A DNA stretch of 64,000 nucleotides from Desulfobulbaceae bacterium DB1 (GTDB taxonomy: Bacteria > Desulfobacterota > Desulfobulbia > Desulfobulbales > SURF-16): assembly GCA_001914235.1 (NCBI GenBank), contig MQUF01000021.1, positions 9,007-73,006 on the forward strand. The letters are read 5' to 3'. Under the pieces are notes generated by a model that saw only the letters and a program-made list of their open reading frames with translations, did no database searches and was not told the origin of the DNA. Below, piece by piece: positions 48,911 to 56,074 of this stretch; positions within the stretch are counted from its first letter, which is position 1; every line of letters begins with the position of its first letter. The translations under genes were made by a program, and so were the position numbers.

Positions 48911-49393
48911 ATGAAAAAGATATGTTTCTTTTTGTTTCTCGCGGTATGGGCCATGGCGAGCAACGTTTCATCCTCGGCCTTTGCCGATGAAACAATAAAC
49001 TTGTCGAAAGGGCAAACGGTTTATGTGCCCGCATATTCCCACATTTACAGCGGCGACCGTGAACGGCCTTTCTTGTTGACGGTAACGCTCAGTATCAGAA
49101 ATATTGATCCGGCGCATCCGATTCAAGTCACGACAGTTGATTATTACGAAACGCAGGGCAATCTTCTGAGGAAATTTTTGGATGGATCAGTTACTTTAAA
49201 GCCTTTGGAATCAATTCGTTATGTTATCCCGGAAAAGGACAAGGCCGGGGGGTCAGGCGCTAATTTTATTGTTGAATGGAAAGCCGACAAATTCGTTAAT
49301 CCGCCGGTTATTGAAGCAGTGATGATCGGGACACAATCTCAACAGGGGGTTTCTTTTACCTCTCGCGGTCAGGCTATTATCCCCACAAAGTAA
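48911..49393 (+). CDS. Secreted DUF3124-like protein
   Basis: Signal peptide MKKICFFLFLAVWAMASNVSSSAFA, followed by GQTVYVPAYSHIY. Family assignment is from recall. Confidence 0.5.
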   Translation: MKKICFFLFLAVWAMASNVSSSAFADETINLSKGQTVYVPAYSHIYSGDRERPFLLTVTLSIRNIDPAHPIQVTTVDYYETQGNLLRKFLDGSVTLKPLESIRYVIPEKDKAGGSGANFIVEWKADKFVNPPVIEAVMIGTQSQQGVSFTSRGQAIIPTK

Positions 49394-49487
49394 AAAATGC
49401 ATGCCGCACCACGACATGCGGGGTGACGGCTCAAAAGGCCTTTTTGTCTGCCGCGACCTCGCCGCTGAACCCGGAACATGTGCCGCT

Positions 49488-51509
49488 TCAGTGCAGGGCA
49501 AGGGCGACAACCTCGATGACATCATCGGTGGTGACGATTTTCAGGCCGGCCAGCATGTCTTCCGGAATCTCCCGCAGGTCCGCCTTGTTGGCAATGGGCA
49601 GAATGACGGTTTTCATCCCTGCCCGCCGGGCCGCAAGAATTTTATCCCGGATGCCGCCCACCGGCAGTATCCGGCCGCTTAAGGTCAGCTCCCCGGTCAG
49701 GGCGACGTCTCTTCTGACCGGCCGCCTGGCCACCAGGGAAACCAGGGCGATGGCGATGGTGAGTCCAGCCGACGGCCCGTCCTTGGGAATCGCGCCGGCC
49801 GGTACATGGATATGGATATCGTGTCCTTCGAAAAAATCCTCGTCAATCTGAAAGGTCGCGGCGTTGCTGCGGAGATAGCTGAGTGCCGCCTGGGCCGATT
49901 CCTTCATGATATTGCCGAGGGAGCCGGTGAGGATGAGATTTTCCTTGCCCTTCATGATCGTTGCCTCGATAAAGAGTATCCGGCCCCCCGCTTCGGTGAG
50001 GGCCAGACCGGTGGCCACGCCGATTCGTTCCCTGTCATCCGCGCTTTCAAAGAAAAATTTCCGCGGGCCGAGATATTTTTCCACCAGCTCCGCCGTGACT
50101 TCGATGATCTTTGTCTTGCCGTTGCTGCTCAAAATTTCCCGTGCCGTTTTTCTGCAGATGGCGGCGATCTGTCTTTGAATGTTGCGGAGTCCAGCTTCCT
50201 GGGTGTATTCCCGCACGATTTTTCGCACCGCCTCCGGGGTGAAAACCAGTGACCGGGGCGACAGGCCCGCTTCCTCGATTTCCCTGGGGACAAGATAACT
50301 GAAGGCGATTTTTTCTTTTTCCTCTTCGGTGTAGCCGGAAAAGTGGAGCAGTTCCAGCCGGTCCAGCAGAGGGGGCGGAATGGGATCAATTGTATTGGCG
50401 GTGGCAATAAACATCACCCGGGAGAGATCAAAGGGCAGGTCAAGATAGTTGTCGATAAAATGGGTATTCTGGCTGTGATCCAGCACCTCGAGCAGGGCCG
50501 AGGCCGGATCTCCCTTGAAATCCTGGCCGATTTTGTCGATTTCGTCGAGCATGATAACTGGATTTCTGGTTCCGGCCCGACGGATTTCCTGAATGATCCG
50601 GCCGGGCAGGGCACCGACATAGCTGCGGCGATGTCCGCGAATCTCCGCCTCGTCCTTCATGCCGCCCAGGGAAATACGGATAAATTGCCGGCCCAGGCAT
50701 TTGGCAATGGACTTCTGCAGGGAGGTTTTGCCGGTTCCCGGGGGGCCGACGAAGCAGAGGATCGGGCCCTTGGTGCCAAGCTGTTTTTTTTTGTTTGCCA
50801 GGGCGCCCGTGAGTGTTGCCCGCAGTTCATCAAGCTGCAGTGGCTTGGCGAGGAAGTGAAATGATCCTTTTTTCATCGCCTCGACCGCCGTTGGAGCCGT
50901 CGCATAGCCGGTGACGATAATCACCTCGGTGTGCGGATGGCGGGCCTTGGCCTTTTCCAGTACCTCCATGCCGTCCACTCCCTGCATCTTCAAATCGGTG
51001 ACAACCAGGTCGAAGCGCTGTTTTTCCAAGAGCCCCAAGGCCTCCGCGCCACTGGCCGCGGTGGCGACATCGTAACCGTCCTTGGTCAGGACATGCTGCA
51101 TGTTGGCGCAGGCGATTTCATCGTCATCGACCAGGAGAACCGTATGGCGGGACGAGAGCCGGAGGATGCGGACGGCAAGGTATTCCATGATGCGCTCTTT
51201 GACGTCTTGGAGGCCGTAATGCTCTTCGTCGAGGATTTTCTGGGCATGATTGATATCAAGATTATCATCGGAAAAAGTGTTCCACGGCAAACTGATCAAA
51301 TATTCGAGATAATTGACGCCGATACTGTATTCGGTTGCCGAGCTGCTCGTTTTTTCGAGTTTTTCGATTTCCTTCAGGGCCGCTTTTTCGACAAGAGGCG
51401 GCATTTCCGCGTGCTGAATTGCCTCGCGTAATTTGTCAATCTCAGGTGAGGCGCATTCGCATGCCTCCTGTTCCGGTTCCTGCCATTTTGTGAACAGACC
51501 CATTTCCAT
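49488..51509 (-). CDS. Lon-family ATP-dependent protease lacking the LonA N-domain and carrying an inserted receiver (REC) domain
   Basis: LISLPWNTFSDDNLDINHAQKILDEEHYGLQDVKERIMEYLAV, then a REC (LLVDDDE, VVTDLKM, IIVTGY, FLAKP), then GPPGTGKTS and VIMLDEIDK. The protease domain follows, with DGPSAGLTIAIAL and GGIRDKILAA. Confidence 0.85.
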   Translation of the reverse strand: MEMGLFTKWQEPEQEACECASPEIDKLREAIQHAEMPPLVEKAALKEIEKLEKTSSSATEYSIGVNYLEYLISLPWNTFSDDNLDINHAQKILDEEHYGLQDVKERIMEYLAVRILRLSSRHTVLLVDDDEIACANMQHVLTKDGYDVATAASGAEALGLLEKQRFDLVVTDLKMQGVDGMEVLEKAKARHPHTEVIIVTGYATAPTAVEAMKKGSFHFLAKPLQLDELRATLTGALANKKKQLGTKGPILCFVGPPGTGKTSLQKSIAKCLGRQFIRISLGGMKDEAEIRGHRRSYVGALPGRIIQEIRRAGTRNPVIMLDEIDKIGQDFKGDPASALLEVLDHSQNTHFIDNYLDLPFDLSRVMFIATANTIDPIPPPLLDRLELLHFSGYTEEEKEKIAFSYLVPREIEEAGLSPRSLVFTPEAVRKIVREYTQEAGLRNIQRQIAAICRKTAREILSSNGKTKIIEVTAELVEKYLGPRKFFFESADDRERIGVATGLALTEAGGRILFIEATIMKGKENLILTGSLGNIMKESAQAALSYLRSNAATFQIDEDFFEGHDIHIHVPAGAIPKDGPSAGLTIAIALVSLVARRPVRRDVALTGELTLSGRILPVGGIRDKILAARRAGMKTVILPIANKADLREIPEDMLAGLKIVTTDDVIEVVALALH

Positions 51510-51769
51510 CCCCCTGAATTATTGCGGCATTGTTGTCGGAACACCCGCTGCGGCATGGTGCGTCGCTTTATTTCGCCTGCATTGCTTTGAATAACATCTA
51601 CCGCACTTTCCCCGAAAAGCCAAAAAGTTTTCGTGCGGCGCGGTATCCAACCGGTCAAGGCGAAGAGCATGGACCGGGAGAAGGGGGAAAAAATATTATA
51701 ATATTGATAATTGTTAATTAATTTTTTTGATTCGGAACACGGGTTGTCGTCCGGGATTGGACGGCCTGG

Positions 51770-51811
51770 AAACACCATGGTGGGGAAATTTCCCCACCAT
51801 GGTGTTTTTTT
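51770..51811 (+). terminator. Strong orphan rho-independent terminator (possible 3' end of a small RNA)
   Basis: Perfect 16-bp stem aaacaccatggtgggg / ccccaccatggtgttt around aaattt, followed by a T run. There is no + strand gene upstream. Confidence 0.65.
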
Positions 51812-51877
51812 ATTTGTTCGCCGGACGATAATGCATCGCGGAAGGCCATGTGTCCCCAATAAATTATTCCGCTTGTG

Positions 51878-51913
51878 GGGGCATATCGCGCAGCCGGCAT
51901 CGCGATATGCCCC
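51878..51913. other. Perfect 13-bp stem hairpin of unknown role
   Basis: ggggcatatcgcg - cagccggcat - cgcgatatgcccc, with no flanking T run on either strand. Confidence 0.5.
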
Positions 51914-52011
51914 ATGTCCTGGGTGCATGGGTCTAGGTATCCTTGGGTATATGTAGTCACAAATTGATATAATATCCTGATATTATTCGCAATAAATCGG
52001 TATATACAATG

Positions 52012-52027
52012 TGGTACGTTTTATGCT
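52012..52027 (+). promoter_or_regulatory. Sigma54-like -24/-12 element
   Basis: TGGTACGttttATGCT versus the consensus TGGCACG-N4-TTGCW: GG and GC are correctly spaced, with two mismatches. It lies about 210 nt upstream of the cytochrome gene. Confidence 0.3.
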
Positions 52028-52237
52028 GGTACTTATGCCGGAATAGCCCGATTTGTTAGCTAAAAAGAGGATGGCGGGCGGATAATAATTCACGTGCTGA
52101 AATCAGCAGGAAATATGCTGCAACACGCAGCAGGTTTTTCGTAAAAGGAGGGAACGACGGAACAGCAAGCAGGTAACGGATACACGTGATTCAATTTTAT
52201 GAAATTTTCGAGGAGAAGAAATATGTGAAAGTCAATT

Positions 52238-54116
52238 TTGTCGATAATTGCGCTGGGCTTGCTTGCTCTGCCGCTCGCAGCAGAACAATCCTTTGCCGCA
52301 AAGCCGGTGACCTGCAAGGACACCGATGGCGACGGCTACGGCAATCCGGGTGTGTCCGTGTGCCCGAATGGCAGCGCCACGGACTGCAATAACAACAACG
52401 GCAGTATCTTCCCCGGTGCCGTTGAAATCGAGTGCGACGGCATAGATCAGGATTGCTCCGGGGCTGATCTATGCTCCTCCGGCAACCCCCACCAGTCCAT
52501 TACCGGAACATTTACCACTCCGGCGCAGATAACCGCCAAATGTCTGGAGTGTCATCCGTTCGAAGGCAATGATGTCGTCAATTCCCTGCATGGCATGATG
52601 CCTACCGCTGCCCCCAATGTAACCAATGCAACCGGACTCAGCCAGAAACTCGGCGAAATCAACACCTTCTGCAGCTATCCCAACCCTGCGCAGGCGGGGG
52701 CAGCCTGTCTCGGCTGTCATCCGACCCTGGGGAAATATGAAAATCTGACTGCGGCGGATATCGACTGTCTGCGCTGTCATAACGACAGTTACAGATCAAG
52801 ATACGCCGCCGAAACCAATCCGGCTGATTTCATGTATGTCACGGACTGGCAGGGCACACAAAAGACCTATGTGCCGTCGGACAAGGATGCCAATGGTGAT
52901 TTTTATGTCGAGTTCAACTGGGCTGCCATGCCCGGCTTGACCGCCCTCGATCTGGTGCGGGGCGTTCATCGTCCGACCACAACCACCTGTTTGTCCTGCC
53001 ATGCCAAAGCAGGCGGCGGCGACTGGGTGAAACGTGGGGACATCGGACTTAATTCCGCAAGTGCCACGGCTGCGCAGGATGTCCATCTGGCCTCAACAGC
53101 CAACGGCGGCGCCGGATTAAGCTGCGCTTCCTGCCACACGTCATCACTTCATGAAATTCCCGGCCGCGGCATTGATCTGCGTCCAACGGAGGGCGGCGCC
53201 GTGAAAGCGTGTGTTGACTGCCATCCCGGCATGGATGGAGGCGGCGGCCATGCGGCGGCCGGCGCCCGGGTTGAGCCGGACCGCCATGTTGCCCGTGTCG
53301 CGTGTCAATCCTGTCATATCCCTGCCTTTGCCAAGGGAGGTGCCACCGAGATGTGGCGTGACTGGACAAATCCGGTTTGGAATGCCGGCCTTTGCAACGG
53401 TCAAGGCGCCTGGGCCGGAGAAGAGCACAAAGTTGCCAATGTCGTCCCTGATCATGTCTTCTTCAACGGCACCAGCTATGTTTATGAGTTGGGGCAAACG
53501 CTCAACCGCGTTGATCCGGTCAGCGGATACCTGACAATGGCCGATGCCGATGCCGACGGCGGGGTCAACGATGCCCCCGGCGTGAGCAAGCTTGTGCCGA
53601 TCAAGCGGCATCAGTCCAAGATGGCGGTTCACGACGCCACCGGCCAGGTGATCCCCTTTGATGTCGTCTGGCAGTTCATGACCGGAAAATACAATGAGGC
53701 AGCGGCAAACGGCATGGCCTATGCCGGTTTGACCGGACCATATACCTGGAAATGGCTTGAGGCGGAAATGGCCATTAACCACGGGGGGCAGCCCGGCCTC
53801 GAGCGTGGCCGCCTGCTCCCAGTGCCATGGTGACGGTTCAATCAATCTGGCAACCAGTTCCAAGCTGGATAAGCAGGGATACGCCCTGAAGGGAACGAAG
53901 TCTCAGGTCTGCTCCCAGTGTCATGCGGAGAAAAACCTGCCCCGCACCTGGGACAGGATGCACAGCCATGTCGCAAAAACCGCCGGCGGCAATGCGGGCA
54001 TTGATTGCTTCTTCTGCCATGACTTCAAGCGTCCCGAGCGTGGCCTTTGCAGTCCCTGCGAACCGTGCGCGAGCTCTTACGTGGATACAACCCCCTTCCC
54101 GCATGAGTGCCAGTAA
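52238..54116 (+). pseudogene. Ten-haem c-type cytochrome with N-terminal MopE-like Cys/Asp-rich metal-binding motif; reading frame broken at a G6 run (53783-53788)
   Basis: Seven CxxCH motifs lie in ORF 52238..53833 and three more in ORF 53757..54116 (+1 frame). Removing one G gives the continuous sequence ...EAEMAINHGGSPASSVAACSQCHGDG... The N-terminus reads CKDTDGDGYGNPGVSVC...DCNNNNGSIFPGAVEIECDGIDQDC. This could be a sequencing error rather than a true pseudogene. Confidence 0.7.
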
Positions 54117-54368
54117 GCCGTCGTTCAAGATGGCCGCAACTTGAAGTGCGGAGTGGTCTCAGGAGCCGTAGCGGAACGACCGGAAACGACAGGTCTTTTC
54201 ACTCACGGCTCCTGAACGAAAAAAACGGGTCTTCGGGTGTCCGGCATTTTTTTGTCCGGCAGCTTTCATTGAGACCTGTTCAATCATCACCTCACGACAC
54301 GTCGCGGCAGGAATCATTGCCTTTTGTCGTGCGATAATTCCTGTCGCGCGAGCAGCAGCTCAAAGCCG

Positions 54369-54408
54369 AAAAAAAAGCGAATCATGGAATCCATGATTCG
54401 CTTTTTTT
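54369..54408. terminator. Bidirectional rho-independent terminator
   Basis: An A8 run, then the stem gcgaatcatgg / ccatgattcgc, then a T7 run. Confidence 0.7.
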
Positions 54409-54833
54409 ATTCATGCCGTCAATCCCTTCATTCGCTCCATAATTGCTTTCGTCCATATCCCATGGGCTGCAAGGCCCGCATCTGCCTGCGACGGCCCGTT
54501 CGGCCCGTCTTTTTTTTGATGCCGTTTTTCCGCAAAAAGCCGCGGCGTTTTTCTTTTCTTTTTTATGTGCGATGATGCAAATTGCAACAATGCTATTTGG
54601 AAGTGCAACAATTCATAACTTGCTGTTTTTAGTTGGTTTGTTGGTGTTTTAGTGGGGTCGTGTTTCATGTTGCAACGTTAAGGTAAAATGTGGAGTCTGG
54701 GCGGAATTCTTAATGAAAGCCAATAATTTTGATTAGTTGCCCGCTTGTTTTGGGTGTGGCACGGTGGTTGCAAGCAATAAAGGCAAATGCAGCAATCAAT
54801 AAAATAACAAGCCAATCATAAGGAGGAACAAAT

Positions 54834-54998
54834 ATGGCGATGAACAGAAAACAAACATATCTGGACAAAATAATGATGGCGGTCACCTTTGCCGAAGCAG
54901 GAGAATACCGCACAGCGAAAAACATGCTTGGTGATGAAATCCGCAAACAGCAACGACCTGACGCGCGGCCGGCAAATCGTCCGTCCATCGATCTGTAA
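54834..54998 (+). CDS. Small protein (54 aa) with FAEAGEYRTA motif; not in ORF track
   Basis: AGGAGG RBS, then ATG at 54834. Translation: MAMNRKQTYLDKIMMAVTFAEAGEYRTAKNMLGDEIRKQQRPDARPANRPSIDL. It is a paralog of the next two ORFs. Confidence 0.6.
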   Translation: MAMNRKQTYLDKIMMAVTFAEAGEYRTAKNMLGDEIRKQQRPDARPANRPSIDL

Positions 54999-55052
54999 TA
55001 ACGAAACGTAATATCATTTCAAACTTGTAATTCTTTCTTGGAGGAAAAAATC

Positions 55053-55223
55053 ATGGCAAAAGAAGAGAAACGGCTGAACGCCTGGGATAAACTCATGATG
55101 GCTATCACCTTTGCCGAGGCAGGTGAGCATGAAACCGCAAAAAATATCATTGATCCGGTTGTCGAGAAAGGCAAGCGTCCGGAAAAAAGAAGTGACGCAA
55201 ACCGCCCCGAGCTGAGGGTTTGA
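55053..55223 (+). CDS. Small protein (56 aa) with FAEAGEHETA motif
   Basis: GGAGGA RBS, then ATG at 55053. Translation: MAKEEKRLNAWDKLMMAITFAEAGEHETAKNIIDPVVEKGKRPEKRSDANRPELRV. The track start (55038) is a TTG inside the RBS. Confidence 0.65.
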   Translation: MAKEEKRLNAWDKLMMAITFAEAGEHETAKNIIDPVVEKGKRPEKRSDANRPELRV

Positions 55224-55292
55224 TCCTGCTTGCGGCCGGAAAAAGTACGAAAAAGCTAAAAAAACAGACAGGAAGTCAGCTTGGAGGAAACA

Positions 55293-55859
55293 ATGGCATT
55301 CTTCGGATTATTTAAGAAAAATGAGAAAGACCTTGAGGTACTGCTGAAAGAGCGGAAAAAAAATCCCCTGCAGGATGCCGCTGTTGCCGCCGCCTTTGCC
55401 GAGGCCGGTGAACATGCAACAGCCCGTTCCATGATCGAGCAGAGCAAGGGAAATCGAAAAATTCTTGTCATCGGGCGTGAAAGCAGCTTTTCTTCACGAC
55501 TTGTCGAATATGCCCTGGAGATGGCCAAGCGTCTTGACTTTGAAATTCTTGCCGTGAACGTGACCGGGGCGCCTCTTCGTCTCGCCGAGGAAAAGAGAGA
55601 AGAGGCAATCGAGCTTTTTCGCAAGGATTGCATGAACCAGGTTGTTTTCATGCGGGAACGGGCGGAAAATGCAGGAATTGCCTTCAGTCATCTGCTGGAA
55701 ATAGGTCTGCAGGATGAAATCGTGGAAAAGTTGCATGCGGCATATCCCGGCATGCGGTTTGTGCTCACTGAACCGGATCCTGAAGTTGTCGGCATGGTGA
55801 AAGACAATGTTGCCATCCCGGTATTTGATCTGGGAAGCTATCATGGCGCGACTGCATAA
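55293..55859 (+). CDS. Universal-stress-protein-like domain protein with N-terminal FAEAGEHATA module
   Basis: MAFFGLFKKNEKDLEVLLKERKKNPLQDAAVAAAFAEAGEHATARSMIE, followed by KILVIGRESSFSSRLVEYALEMAKRLDFEILAVNV... (USP-like alpha/beta pattern). GGAGGA RBS. Confidence 0.6.
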   Translation: MAFFGLFKKNEKDLEVLLKERKKNPLQDAAVAAAFAEAGEHATARSMIEQSKGNRKILVIGRESSFSSRLVEYALEMAKRLDFEILAVNVTGAPLRLAEEKREEAIELFRKDCMNQVVFMRERAENAGIAFSHLLEIGLQDEIVEKLHAAYPGMRFVLTEPDPEVVGMVKDNVAIPVFDLGSYHGATA

Positions 55860-56074
55860 AAACGGTTGAAACGAGGTATCCGGCACCGGGGACGCGCGTC
55901 ATCAGGCTTTGCGGCTGGATGACTCCCCCGGTGACCGCTGCTAATGAAATAAATACTGTGAGGGAGCAGTTCCCTGTTTTCCCTTAACAACTTTGCGCAT
56001 CAGCGGAGAGCACCCTGGCTGGAGATTTTCCTCCACCGGGGTGTTCTGTTGTGTGCGGTATCGAAGGAGAGTAG

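Noticed and set aside
53144-53863. 239-aa minus ORF
   Set aside because: It is antisense to the multihaem cytochrome, whose + strand carries the CxxCH motifs.
54710-54988. 92-aa minus ORF
   Set aside because: It overlaps, in antisense, the RBS-preceded 54-aa FAEAGE ORF that has two paralogs downstream. The minus ORF has no RBS and no homolog.
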